A stretch of 64,000 nucleotides of DNA, from positions 56,668 through 120,667 of the forward strand of contig CAKQNT010000002.1 of the NCBI GenBank assembly GCA_934255405.1. The letters run 5' to 3'. Each line of letters opens with the position of its first letter. The first letter of the stretch is position 1. The DNA is from an uncultured Alphaproteobacteria bacterium. Its GTDB lineage: Bacteria > Pseudomonadota > Alphaproteobacteria > RF32 > CAG-239. The notes below the pieces were generated by a model. It was not told where the DNA came from. It ran no database searches and saw only the letters and a program-made list of their open reading frames with translations. Position numbers and translations under genes: made by a program. Positions 1 to 9,651 of the stretch are shown in pieces.

Positions 1-1067
1 AATCAACCCTTTTTAATGCGTTGACACAGACGATTGCGGCGCAGGCGGCAAATTTTCCGTTTTGCACGATTGAGCCAAATACCGGAAGAGTGGCGGTGCC
101 GGATAAACGTTTGGATAAATTGGTTGAAATGGTGCAACCCAAAAATGTGGTGCCAACTCAGTTGGAATTTGTGGATATTGCCGGTTTGGTGAAAGGCGCG
201 TCTAAAGGCGAGGGGTTGGGCAACCAATTTTTGGCAAATATTCGCGAGGTTGATGCTATTATCCATGTGTTGCGCTGTTTTGAAAACGAAAATATTACTC
301 ACGTTGAGGGGAGTGTTGATCCGATACGCGATGCGGAAATTGTTGAAACAGAATTGATGATTGCAGATTTGGAATCTTTGGAAAAGCGTTTTGATCAGGC
401 TAACAAGAAAGCAAAAGGCGGCGACAAAGAGGCGATTGTTAATGTTAAGGTTATGGGGCCAATTATAGAGGCGCTGAAATCCGGTAAGCCGGCAAGAGTC
501 GCGGCTCCGGAGGCTTCGGATAAAGATGGGGTTAAGGCGTATAAATGTCTGCAACTTTTGACTTCTAAACCAGTCTTATATGTATGTAATGTAGATGAAG
601 AATCTGCTGCTACCGGCAATAAGTTTTCTGAACGTGTGTTTGAAAAAGCCAAAGCCGAAAATGCGCAGGCGGTGATAATATCGGCGGAAATAGAATCGGA
701 AGTAGCACAGTTGGAAACCGAAGAGGAAAAGAAAGAATTTTTGGAAACCTTAGGTTTGCAGGAAACCGGTTTGACCAAAATTATTCGTGCCGGATATGAG
801 CTGTTGGGGCTGCAAACATATTTTACCGCCGGACCTAAAGAGGTTCGGGCTTGGACTTTTATGAAAGGTTCAAAGGCTCCGCAGTGCGCCGGAATAATCC
901 ATTCTGATTTTGAGCGAGGATTTATTCGCGCGGAAACGATTTCTTATGATGATTATATAAAATTTGGCGGAGAACAGGGGTGTAAAGAAGCCGGCAGAAT
1001 GCGCTCTGAAGGAAAAGATTATGTGGTGCAGGACGGAGATTTGTTGAATTTCTTGTTCAATGTATAG
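1..1067 (+). CDS. ychF: Ribosome-binding ATPase YchF (Obg-like), 5' end cut by window edge
   Basis: Frame from nt 3 reads [28 protein letters not shown]..., the conserved YchF N-terminal region, and runs to ...[18 protein letters not shown] with stop at 1065-1067. The track ORF 21..1067 starts at an internal TTG. Confidence 0.9.
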   Translation, partial: STLFNALTQTIAAQAANFPFCTIEPNTGRVAVPDKRLDKLVEMVQPKNVVPTQLEFVDIAGLVKGASKGEGLGNQFLANIREVDAIIHVLRCFENENITHVEGSVDPIRDAEIVETELMIADLESLEKRFDQANKKAKGGDKEAIVNVKVMGPIIEALKSGKPARVAAPEASDKDGVKAYKCLQLLTSKPVLYVCNVDEESAATGNKFSERVFEKAKAENAQAVIISAEIESEVAQLETEEEKKEFLETLGLQETGLTKIIRAGYELLGLQTYFTAGPKEVRAWTFMKGSKAPQCAGIIHSDFERGFIRAETISYDDYIKFGGEQGCKEAGRMRSEGKDYVVQDGDLLNFLFNV

Positions 1068-1104
1068 GTGTTGTTTTTCTTTCTTTGAAATAGGGGAATG
1101 ATAA

Positions 1105-1572
1105 ATGCGTTTAGCTTTGTTTCAGCCGGATATTCCGCAAAATACCGGAACAATGATGCGTTTGTGTGCTTGTTTGGATTTGCCGATAGATATTATTGAG
1201 CCGTGCGGTTTTATTTTTAATGATAAAGCAATGCGGCGCGCAGGTATGGATTATTTGGATTTTGTAAAATTTCGACGTCATGATTCATGGGAAGATTTTT
1301 TGCAATATCGTTCTGAACATCCGCAGGAATATGGGCGCATTGTGCTTATGTCTACTCATGCCAGCGTTCCTTATACAGATTTTGAGTTCCAGCCTAATGA
1401 TATAATTTTGATGGGGCGTGAATCTGCCGGAGTGCCGGAAGAAGTGCATCATTTTGCCGATGCCAGACTTTTGATTCCGATGAATGAAAACGCTCGTTCC
1501 ATTAATGTGGCGGTTTCGGCCGCAATGGTGGTGGGAGAGGCCTTGCGCCAAACCAGATGGAGCTCAAAGTAA
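1105..1572 (+). CDS. trmL: SpoU/TrmH-class tRNA 2'-O-methyltransferase (TrmL-like)
   Basis: 155 aa. N-terminus is LALFQPDIPQNTGTMMRLC and the C-terminal knot region is LIPMNENARSINVAVSAAMVVGEALRQ, typical of small YibK/TrmL enzymes. Confidence 0.75.
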   Translation: MRLALFQPDIPQNTGTMMRLCACLDLPIDIIEPCGFIFNDKAMRRAGMDYLDFVKFRRHDSWEDFLQYRSEHPQEYGRIVLMSTHASVPYTDFEFQPNDIILMGRESAGVPEEVHHFADARLLIPMNENARSINVAVSAAMVVGEALRQTRWSSK

Positions 1573-1580
1573 ACAGAATA

Positions 1581-3464
1581 TCAGCGAGAGCCGGCGCGAT
1601 TTCTAAGGGCTTCTCGAAGAATCTCTTGTTTTATCTTGCGGTTGCGGATAGAAGTGTTTTTTCTGTTTGCAAATTGGGTGTCTTCTTCGGTATTGTTTTT
1701 TTCGTATTTAACTCCCCGACTATTGGTGACTCTTTCGATGGCGTCTTTTGACATTAATCCGTTGTCCATAGCCTCTTGAAACAGTTGGGACTTTTGCTCC
1801 ATAAGCTGGTTAAGCTGCTGTCCTTGCGGAGTACTTTTGATTTGGTCTCTAATTTCTTTGGCACGGTCTTTATCTCGGTTTTTTTGAGCGGTTTTTAGTT
1901 GACTAATCAGTGCCTGACAAGACGGGTCTTGAAATAATTGCTCAGAGGCGGTGTGAATTTCGCCATCTATTTGTCTAAAGCGTGTGCGCATTTCTGCAAT
2001 TTTTTCCGGAGATTTTTGGGGCGATTGATTGCCTTCGCTGTTGTTTTCGCTATTGCTTCTACCGGAAGACAGGTTTGCAATCTCGGCATATTCGGGAAAA
2101 CCCTTGAGGCTTTCAAGCTCGGGGGCGTTTTTCATTTTCATGCCATATTTAAGGCAGGCCAGATATAGTTTGGCACGATATTCCGGATGTTCCTCAAATT
2201 TGCCGAAAGTAATGGTGTCTTTGCCCATTTTTTGAGCGGCAACAACCAACTCATCAAAGGCATTTTGTTCCCCTTCAACATAGGCGTTGTCTTTGCTGGC
2301 AAAGGCGATAATATTCCTATTGTTGTTTTTGTCGCGGAAGAAGATGTGATCCGGATGTTCTTCATCTGTGTATTCTTCGAATTCTTGAGAAAGCTGATTA
2401 TTGGCATGGGCAATGGCTTGTCTGATTTCTTTTTTCCATTCCGGATCGTTGATTCTTTCTTCTTCCGGTAGATTTTCGTGAACTTCAATTGTTCCGCCAT
2501 TGTTGAAAGTTTGCAACAGAGCAATTTTGTCTTCCTTGCTGATGGTGCTTGGGTCAACGCCTTTACCCTCAAGGTATTTTTTGAAAACCGGATTCTGAGA
2601 ATACAGTTCCCAATAAGCTTCAAAAGTCCATTTTTTGTATTCTTGGTTACGAGCATCAACTTCAGCGGCTTTTTCTGCTTGTTCTTTGTTGGAAAAAGCA
2701 TCAATGTAAGACTGAATACCATCGGTGCCGAGCTCTGCAACTTTTTCGTTTATCATAGCGGCAAAAATTGCGCAGTCACAACGATTTTCCATAATTGTAT
2801 TTTCAGGTTCATAAGATATGGTATATGAACTGTCAGCCAGCAATTGTTTTATTTGGTCTTTGGATGCTTTGCAGACGTCTTTTCCGCCTTGATCAATTAA
2901 AATAGCTTCGTGTTTGTTGGGAGAAAGAATCAGGCTAACTGAATGGTTGCCATTGACATCAGGGTTATAAAGAGAAAGGCTCATTATAACGGATTGATAT
3001 TTTTTGACTTCATCAGACGCCAAAATTGTCTTTATGGTTTCAGGGTCGAAGCTATTGTCAGCAGGTTTAGAAGTGTCTACCTGACCAAGGAAGAGGGTGT
3101 CTTTTTTAGCGGTAATTTTAGCTAAACGTTGGTTTAATAAAGCGGTTTTATCTGGTTCATGAGCGTATGTAATATGAGAAATATCTGAAAAATCTGCATT
3201 ATGTTCACGAGCGGATTTATATGCTATGAGGTTGGTAACAGATTGAACCGTTCCGGAGCCGTAGTTGTCTGCGGCAAGATTGCAATAATCCATAGCGCTG
3301 TCGTGCAGACCGGCATAATTCAAAAAAACATCCGGAATGAAGTTATTCATATCAGCAATGAGTTGGTTTTTGGCGGCATCGTCGGTTAAGGTGCTTCTGA
3401 CGATATTCTTTATATCGTCGCTAAAACCTCTTAAAAGTACTTCAATCTCATCATCAACAGCCAT
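1581..3464 (-). CDS. Large orphan protein with a Ulp1/CE-clan-like cysteine peptidase signature and a basic C-terminal tail
   Basis: Uninterrupted 627-aa ORF. It has an ordered His174...Asp191...Cys231 arrangement (GNHSVSLIL / ILIDQGG / ENRCDCAIFAA). The tail is Arg/Lys rich (NRKNTSIRNRKIKQEILREALRNRAGSR). No signal peptide is evident. Confidence 0.55.
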   Translation of the reverse strand: MAVDDEIEVLLRGFSDDIKNIVRSTLTDDAAKNQLIADMNNFIPDVFLNYAGLHDSAMDYCNLAADNYGSGTVQSVTNLIAYKSAREHNADFSDISHITYAHEPDKTALLNQRLAKITAKKDTLFLGQVDTSKPADNSFDPETIKTILASDEVKKYQSVIMSLSLYNPDVNGNHSVSLILSPNKHEAILIDQGGKDVCKASKDQIKQLLADSSYTISYEPENTIMENRCDCAIFAAMINEKVAELGTDGIQSYIDAFSNKEQAEKAAEVDARNQEYKKWTFEAYWELYSQNPVFKKYLEGKGVDPSTISKEDKIALLQTFNNGGTIEVHENLPEEERINDPEWKKEIRQAIAHANNQLSQEFEEYTDEEHPDHIFFRDKNNNRNIIAFASKDNAYVEGEQNAFDELVVAAQKMGKDTITFGKFEEHPEYRAKLYLACLKYGMKMKNAPELESLKGFPEYAEIANLSSGRSNSENNSEGNQSPQKSPEKIAEMRTRFRQIDGEIHTASEQLFQDPSCQALISQLKTAQKNRDKDRAKEIRDQIKSTPQGQQLNQLMEQKSQLFQEAMDNGLMSKDAIERVTNSRGVKYEKNNTEEDTQFANRKNTSIRNRKIKQEILREALRNRAGSR

Positions 3465-3532
3465 ATTGCTTCTCCAAAATTCTATATTTGTTTGTATGTT
3501 AGCATATTTTATTGGTTTTGTCTAATGTTTTG

Positions 3533-4288
3533 TCATTTTAAAAGGGAGATAAATTCTGTTGGGGTTTGTGCGGCCAGATAGGGGTTGCACTTTTTTTCTT
3601 CCGCCAAAGTATATGGTCCGGCCGGTAGTCCTTGCTGCAGGTGTTTTTGGGCTTTTTCCAGATAGTTTCTGATATCCTGATTGCCGCCAAAATAGTGCCA
3701 TGCCGCGTCAGCGCCACCGGAGGTATATTCGTGCCCAGGGTAGAATATGGTGTCATCAGGCAATGTACGAATTTTTTGCAGGGCAGCAAACATCTGCTCT
3801 GGCGAGCCTTCAAATAATCCGCCAATGCAAAGGTTAAATAAGGTGTCGCCGGTGAACAGTGCTTTGGCAAGCGGAAAATAGTATAAAACGTGTCCTTGAG
3901 TGTGGGCAGAAGCGTCAATAACCTTAAATGTAAAATCAGAATCCGCAAGAGAGCCGGAAACAAGCCCTGCAGAAGGTGATAAAGTGTAAGTTTTCTGCGG
4001 TTCTATTCCAATATCAAATTCAGGAATGCGGTTTTTGTCGTTAATGTTTGCAACAACTTGAGCCCGATACAAATTTTTTAGCTCCAGATTGCCGTCGGTA
4101 TGGTCAAAGTGGTGGTGAGTGTTAAGAATATATTGTGGTTTGAGGCTAAGCGCTGAAAGCTTGGTAATAATCGGTGCCGGTTCTGACGGGTCTATCACGG
4201 CGGTAATACCGCTTTTGTCATCGTGCAAAATATAGGAGTAGTTATCCATTTTTCCGGCACGGCAAAGCACGCTATATGTTTGCAACAT
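3533..4288 (-). CDS. gloB: Hydroxyacylglutathione hydrolase (glyoxalase II, metallo-beta-lactamase fold)
   Basis: DNYSYILHD N-terminus and THHHFDHTDGN zinc motif; 251 aa. The start overlaps the upstream stop (TAATG). Confidence 0.85.
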   Translation of the reverse strand: MLQTYSVLCRAGKMDNYSYILHDDKSGITAVIDPSEPAPIITKLSALSLKPQYILNTHHHFDHTDGNLELKNLYRAQVVANINDKNRIPEFDIGIEPQKTYTLSPSAGLVSGSLADSDFTFKVIDASAHTQGHVLYYFPLAKALFTGDTLFNLCIGGLFEGSPEQMFAALQKIRTLPDDTIFYPGHEYTSGGADAAWHYFGGNQDIRNYLEKAQKHLQQGLPAGPYTLAEEKKCNPYLAAQTPTEFISLLK

Positions 4289-5970
4289 TAGAGATACTCC
4301 TCGGGATTGATTTCATCAATTTGTTCTTTTTCAATATATTGTTCGGCGTAATCCAGATAAACTTTGTGTGTGATAAACACGCGGTATAAGTCAGGATCCA
4401 AATGACCGATGTTTTTCATTTCTTGCATAATGCGCAAAACTTCGGAAAGCTTTTTGGGCTCTTTGTATGGGCGGTCGCGGGCGGTAAGCGCTTCAAAGAC
4501 ATCGGCAATCGCCATAATTTTGGCCGGCACAGACATTTGGCTGCCAGTCAGATGGTTGGGGTAGCCTTTGCCGTTGACCCATTCATGGTGGCAGCTGGCG
4601 TATTCCACCACATTAGACAGTTCTTTGGGGAACGGCAGCGCTTTGAGCATATCTATGGTGACATTAATGTGATCATTGATTTTGGCGCGCTCCTCTTTGG
4701 TAATGGTTCCGTGGTGAGTTTTGAGATTATGGAGTTCGCCGCGGTTAAATCCGTCAATCAGGTGGTCGGGTAAATCCTGCAGTACCGGTTCTTGAGCGGG
4801 GTGACTGTATAGCTCCGGCGTGGTAACCGTGTTGCGCTCTGCCCAAGAAAGGCCAATCATGCGGTTGAAATGGCGGGTGTAGGTTTGTTTGGCGATTTTT
4901 TCCAGACGAGAGATATCAGCTTCGCTAATCTCATTATCACCGGTATTGCACCAGGCAATAAAACTGAAATCATCTTCCAATTGTTTGACTTTGGCGACAA
5001 ACTCTGCCTGCAAGTTTTCTTTGCTGTCAAGGTTGGCCAGACGTTTTTGCAAGTAAGCAATATGAGCATCGCGGCGCATAATTTCAAAGCGGTTGCGAAT
5101 TTCATGAATGCGGTTGTTAACGGTTTCAAGCTTGGTGGCTTTGTCAACAATGTATTCCGGTGTGGTAACTTTGCCGCAGTCATGCAGCCAGGAGGCTATG
5201 TGCAAGGTATACCAATCATCGGCGCTCATCTCAAAGTTTTTGAGCGGACCTTGGTCTTCTTCTACAGCAGCGGTGGCTAACAGGCGGGTAATAATCGGAA
5301 CCTTTTGGCAATGACTGCCGGTGTATGGAGATTTGGCATCAATGGCGCGAGCCAAAACTTCAATAAAGGATTCCAAAAGTTGAGAATAGGCCTCTCTTAG
5401 CGATTTGTTCTCCAGCACCAAAGACAAGAGGCTGCAGAAAGACGTGAGGATATTAACAATATCTTTGGTGAAGTTTATAACTTTGCCATTGTTGTCAGCT
5501 GCATTGGTAAATTGAGCAACTCCAATCAGGTTGCCTTTGCTGTTTGTCAACGGCAGAGCCAGCACAGAGACAGTGGCATAATTATATTGTTCATCAAAGG
5601 AGGCAAAGCGAGAATTATCAATGGTAGGGTCAGCATATATGTTTTCGACAATTACAACTTCGTTGTTAAGGGCGCATATCTCTGCCGGTTGGCGTTTTTC
5701 TTTGGCACGGATGTTGTTTAAGGATTCCGGCTCAAAAAGCACAAAGTTATCAAATCCGGTAGATTCTTCTCGCAATGATTTAATGCTGCTGTAGGTTAGC
5801 GACATATATTTTTCTGAAGAAATTTCAAAGAAAAATCCACCATCGGCCGAAGCCACGCGTGCTGCAGCAGTCATCACTTTTTCTATCACAGATTGGCGGT
5901 CTGGGTGGGCGGCAATAGTAGTGTTGAGTTCCAGCAGGCTGGCTAATATGATATCATTTTCCGACGGCAA
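4288..5970 (-). CDS. GAF-like sensor plus HD-GYP domain protein (probable c-di-GMP phosphodiesterase)
   Basis: C-terminal motifs WLHDCGK and CHHEWVNGKGYP (HD...HHExxxGxGYP). TTG start preceded by AAGGGA. Confidence 0.8.
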   Translation of the reverse strand: MPSENDIILASLLELNTTIAAHPDRQSVIEKVMTAAARVASADGGFFFEISSEKYMSLTYSSIKSLREESTGFDNFVLFEPESLNNIRAKEKRQPAEICALNNEVVIVENIYADPTIDNSRFASFDEQYNYATVSVLALPLTNSKGNLIGVAQFTNAADNNGKVINFTKDIVNILTSFCSLLSLVLENKSLREAYSQLLESFIEVLARAIDAKSPYTGSHCQKVPIITRLLATAAVEEDQGPLKNFEMSADDWYTLHIASWLHDCGKVTTPEYIVDKATKLETVNNRIHEIRNRFEIMRRDAHIAYLQKRLANLDSKENLQAEFVAKVKQLEDDFSFIAWCNTGDNEISEADISRLEKIAKQTYTRHFNRMIGLSWAERNTVTTPELYSHPAQEPVLQDLPDHLIDGFNRGELHNLKTHHGTITKEERAKINDHINVTIDMLKALPFPKELSNVVEYASCHHEWVNGKGYPNHLTGSQMSVPAKIMAIADVFEALTARDRPYKEPKKLSEVLRIMQEMKNIGHLDPDLYRVFITHKVYLDYAEQYIEKEQIDEINPEEYL

Positions 5971-5987
5971 AATTAAATCCCTTTCGG

Positions 5988-7103
5988 CTAGCTGATTTTT
6001 GATACCAGATAATTAATGTCTTCTTCGCTCAATTCTTCATTGTTGGGAGAGAGGGAGAGTATACGCTCAATCACCTTGTGGGCAAAGTTCTTGCGATTGC
6101 TTTTGCGGCAGTCAAAACGAATTTCTTTAATAACCTTAAGCGCTGAAAATACGGCAGGAAACATTGATTTGGGAATAAAGGCTTTGCGCAGAAGGTTACG
6201 TACCATAAAGTCTGCAGAGGGATTAAACAGTGTTTTGCGAACCTCCAGAATCGGCGTGCCGGAGAGGTAGACAACCGCATATTCAAAAAACTTGAGGTCG
6301 CCCATGCAAATAGAGCGCACCACCAATCCGGGGGTAAGGCGGTTGGAGGTATAGAGCTGATGAACAAGCTCTTCTATCTGTTTGTCGGAACTGTATTCTT
6401 CCGAGATGCGCAAGGTGGTTTTTTCTTTGACTTCTTCAATAATGTCGGTGGCCAAATCAGCCGGCAGGTTATGCGTCAAAATCAGATGCTTTTTGAGCTC
6501 TTCGGAGAGAGAGTTGGCAATCTTTTCAATTACCGAGGTTGGAAGCTCCGAGCGGTAGACTAAGCGTTTTTTGATGTCATCGCTTTGTTGGTATTTTTCA
6601 ATAATGGTATCAAAGGTTTTTTCGCGGATTTCGGCGGTTTCGTTAGAAATCAGAACCCCAACGACTTCTTCGGGACATCTCTCTACAATGTATTGAGAAA
6701 TCTCATGCGGAAGATTAAGCCGTTCAGCCACGGCTTTTTGTTTGTTGATACTGGTAATGCCGGTGATGCTTAAAATTCGGATTAAGTCATCATTACTGAG
6801 GCTGGAATAGTATTTGATAAACGGAACGGCAATGCTGTCTGAATCTTTGATTACGGAGGCAACAATGTCGTTGGGCAGGTTGTGGCAGTTCTTTAGGCTT
6901 TCGGCCAATACCTGTCGGACTTTGATTTCTACGTCTTTAACCATGATACGAAAGATGTCTTCGGCCAGTTTCATCCCCTTGGGGGTAACAATGCTGCCGT
7001 TGTAATAGGCGCTAACCTTTTGGGCGATAACAGCCTTGGTTTCCGCTTTGGGGTGAGCGGAAAGATTTTCAACATCCTGACGGTTTAACTGCGTTTTGTT
7101 CAT
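5988..7103 (-). CDS. DUF2336-like protein (family common in alphaproteobacteria)
   Basis: 371-aa helical-repeat protein. The pattern VRQVLAESLKNCHNLPNDIVASVIKDSDSIAVPFIKYYSSLSNDDLIRIL resembles DUF2336. Assignment is from memory of the family. Confidence 0.5.
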   Translation of the reverse strand: MNKTQLNRQDVENLSAHPKAETKAVIAQKVSAYYNGSIVTPKGMKLAEDIFRIMVKDVEIKVRQVLAESLKNCHNLPNDIVASVIKDSDSIAVPFIKYYSSLSNDDLIRILSITGITSINKQKAVAERLNLPHEISQYIVERCPEEVVGVLISNETAEIREKTFDTIIEKYQQSDDIKKRLVYRSELPTSVIEKIANSLSEELKKHLILTHNLPADLATDIIEEVKEKTTLRISEEYSSDKQIEELVHQLYTSNRLTPGLVVRSICMGDLKFFEYAVVYLSGTPILEVRKTLFNPSADFMVRNLLRKAFIPKSMFPAVFSALKVIKEIRFDCRKSNRKNFAHKVIERILSLSPNNEELSEEDINYLVSKIS

Positions 7104-7181
7104 GGTCGTGACTTCAGTAAAACGGTTGCGCCTATTCTTTATAATACCTCAACAAATGCCGCTCTTACAGTGACATTTTTG

Positions 7182-8105
7182 TTACATTGTTTTATCTTTC
7201 AGATTTTTTGGCAAATCTTTGCTTATTATCTTACTATCCAGTATGGATTTGTCAATTATATTGAGTTCGTAATACGCAAGTGTATAGTCAAAAAGTCCGG
7301 CATAGTTTTTGAGCGGCGAGTTCCATACCAAATAGGGAGCTAAATTTGAACCCAGAAGCGGCGTGCGACGACCTAAAATTTGATGGCGAAATCCGCGGAA
7401 ATTTGCGTATTTGAGCTCTGAATTGAGTTTTAGGGCAAACTCCTGCATGGAAGATAAAATATCAGGATAAGTTTTTATGCGGTATGTGTCGTCTTCTTTT
7501 TCACCCAGCGGTTTAAGCCCTTCGTCAGAATACCAATTGAGAATTTTGTAGAGGGAATTGCCTTCTTTGACAATGCGCGATGTGCCCCAGTTGGTTTCAA
7601 GTGCGGCGGCGGTAATCAATATTGAAGGCGGAATTACGTGAATCTTGCGCTGCAACTCGTCCAGCATGTAGAGGTAGCGCAAATGCCCTTTGTGGTGGGT
7701 GAAAACATCGTATTTAGCAGCTTTTTTTTCGATAAAAGCCATTTGTTTGGGTGTGAGCTTTTTTCCATTTTCAGAGCTATCTGCCAAAGCTAAAATATTC
7801 AGCCGTTCGTCTAAAATTTCATCATTAACCCGAATGGCCAGCGGAGCAAGAATCTTGATAAATAGAGCGTTGCGTTCGGTCTCATTGCTGAGAGAATTGA
7901 AGTCAGTCGGAAAATGGCGCAGAAAAATCGGCGGATAGCGGTATGAGGGGATCATCAAATAGCTTTTTTCGCCATTGTAGTCGTAAAAATCATATATGCT
8001 TTGCAAGTCTTTTACAGAAATGCGGTCAATTTCAATCTTTTCGGCGGCGTTAAGCGAGCCGGCAATCAGCAGCAAAAAGCAGATAATGCCGAACAGCCGC
8101 CGCAT
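7182..8105 (-). CDS. Secreted glucosaminidase-domain protein (Bax/FlgJ-like muramidase)
   Basis: N-terminal signal peptide MRRLFGIICFLLLIAGSLNA. Glucosaminidase core ITAAALETNWGTSRIVKEGNSLYKI. Confidence 0.6.
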   Translation of the reverse strand: MRRLFGIICFLLLIAGSLNAAEKIEIDRISVKDLQSIYDFYDYNGEKSYLMIPSYRYPPIFLRHFPTDFNSLSNETERNALFIKILAPLAIRVNDEILDERLNILALADSSENGKKLTPKQMAFIEKKAAKYDVFTHHKGHLRYLYMLDELQRKIHVIPPSILITAAALETNWGTSRIVKEGNSLYKILNWYSDEGLKPLGEKEDDTYRIKTYPDILSSMQEFALKLNSELKYANFRGFRHQILGRRTPLLGSNLAPYLVWNSPLKNYAGLFDYTLAYYELNIIDKSILDSKIISKDLPKNLKDKTM

Positions 8106-8107
8106 GA

Positions 8108-8650
8108 TTATTCTCCGTCTTGATTGATATTGCGGACTTCTCGCACCTCGGGGATATAGGTTTTGAGGATTTTTTCCACGCCATCTTTGAGAGTGCGCAT
8201 GGCGTATGGGCAGCCTTTGCAGGAACCTTGCATTTCTACAAAAACAATTCCATCTTTAAAGTCGCAAAAAACGATGTCGCCGCCATCTTGTTTGACTGCC
8301 GGACGGATGCGGGCATTCAACAGTCCTTTGATTTGTCCGATGACATCGGTTTCAGTTGCGGCGGGGGCTGTGATTGCTTCTTCTCCGGTGGCAAAATGAT
8401 CCATAATTTCGGCCAAAATTTGCGGTTTTAGCTCGTTCCATGAGGCATCTGGTTCTTTGGTTACGGAAATCATATCGGTGGTGATAAATAGCGATGCTAT
8501 TCCACCAATATCAAAAATGTGCTCTGCTAAAGGGGATTTGCGCAATGATTTAATGTCAACAAACTCTGCTTGTCCGGATTTTAGCAGTGGTTGCGGCGGA
8601 AAAAAGTTTAGAATGTTGGCATCCGGAGTGGGTTGGGTTTCGATAATCAT
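8108..8650 (-). CDS. NifU/Nfu-type Fe-S cluster assembly scaffold
   Basis: Nfu N-terminal domain plus a C-terminal NifU domain with the CKGCP motif (VEMQGSCKGCPYAMRTLKDGVE). Confidence 0.8.
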   Translation of the reverse strand: MIIETQPTPDANILNFFPPQPLLKSGQAEFVDIKSLRKSPLAEHIFDIGGIASLFITTDMISVTKEPDASWNELKPQILAEIMDHFATGEEAITAPAATETDVIGQIKGLLNARIRPAVKQDGGDIVFCDFKDGIVFVEMQGSCKGCPYAMRTLKDGVEKILKTYIPEVREVRNINQDGE

Positions 8651-9651
8651 TTTGTGCTATCCTTTAGGGTGTTGAGCATACTTTGAATGGCCAGCATAGC
8701 TTTGCGGTTATAGTAGCCGATAATGGCCAAATGGTTGGGACTGAAAGAGGCGTCGAGTTCGGCATTGCGAATAATCAGCGGTGAAAGATGGGCCGCATCT
8801 TCCAGCGATTTGAGCAAAGATGTCCAGCTCTGATAAATGCCGTTATCTACAATGGTGCTCTTAAAGTCGTGGCTAAGTGCTTTGAGCAACAGAAAATAGG
8901 AGTACATCTGACCTTGTTGGTAATAAAACACATTATCGGCTTTGCCATCATAAAAAGAAGAGCTATATTCGCGAATTTGCGTTTCAAGCCGACGATCTGA
9001 TTTGGCCATATCTTTTTTGATACCGGACAAAATATAGGCCAAATTTTGCGGTGAGGTCTCAAACAAAGCCTGACCGTTGGCAAGCATATTGTTGTATTTA
9101 TCCAGCTGTTTGCGGGCACGGCGATATTGACTGTTTGATGATGGTGCCGGCACCAATTTGTTGTCAGCGGAGAACATCCAAATTGTTCCGGGGTATCGGA
9201 GCAACTCAGCGGCTGCATGCAACGGGGATTTATCCGCTTCGGCAGTGCTCTTGTCCATTTTGGCGGACAGCAGCTGGGTGGTGCGGCTTATTGGTCTCAT
9301 CAGTCCGAGTTGAAAGGCTGGCATATTGTCTAAAATTGCTGCCGGAAAAAAGAACGGCAGCGCCGGAGTCCAGCTTTTGGTGTAGAGCTCTCGCCGGATT
9401 AAAAATGACATAGTGTCAATGGTGGCAGAGGCATTGCCGCGTTTGACAATTTCATATTCTGTATTGGTATCGATGTTTTCGCTGATAAGTGCGCCCAGCG
9501 GATAATACAATAAAACAAAAGCCAGCGCCAGAGAGCCGATTAATTTGGGCCAGGTATTGATAAAACGGCGGAAACGCGGCCAGGGGCGCAATAGCAACTT
9601 GAGCCTTCTGAACACAAAAATCAACAGTTCTTTAAGCTTGTTTTTCAGCAT
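8647..9651 (-). CDS. Membrane-anchored DUF2333-like protein
   Basis: 334 aa with one N-terminal TM segment. The gene overlaps its neighbours by 4-7 nt, consistent with an operon. The family call is tentative. Confidence 0.45.
   Translation of the reverse strand: MLKNKLKELLIFVFRRLKLLLRPWPRFRRFINTWPKLIGSLALAFVLLYYPLGALISENIDTNTEYEIVKRGNASATIDTMSFLIRRELYTKSWTPALPFFFPAAILDNMPAFQLGLMRPISRTTQLLSAKMDKSTAEADKSPLHAAAELLRYPGTIWMFSADNKLVPAPSSNSQYRRARKQLDKYNNMLANGQALFETSPQNLAYILSGIKKDMAKSDRRLETQIREYSSSFYDGKADNVFYYQQGQMYSYFLLLKALSHDFKSTIVDNGIYQSWTSLLKSLEDAAHLSPLIIRNAELDASFSPNHLAIIGYYNRKAMLAIQSMLNTLKDSTK

Noticed and set aside
3-778. Track ORFs 3..554 (-) and 395..778 (-), antisense to ychF.
   Set aside because: They lie entirely inside a strongly conserved YchF reading frame. 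Their products are low-complexity with no motifs and no ribosome-binding sites, so they are typical shadow ORFs.
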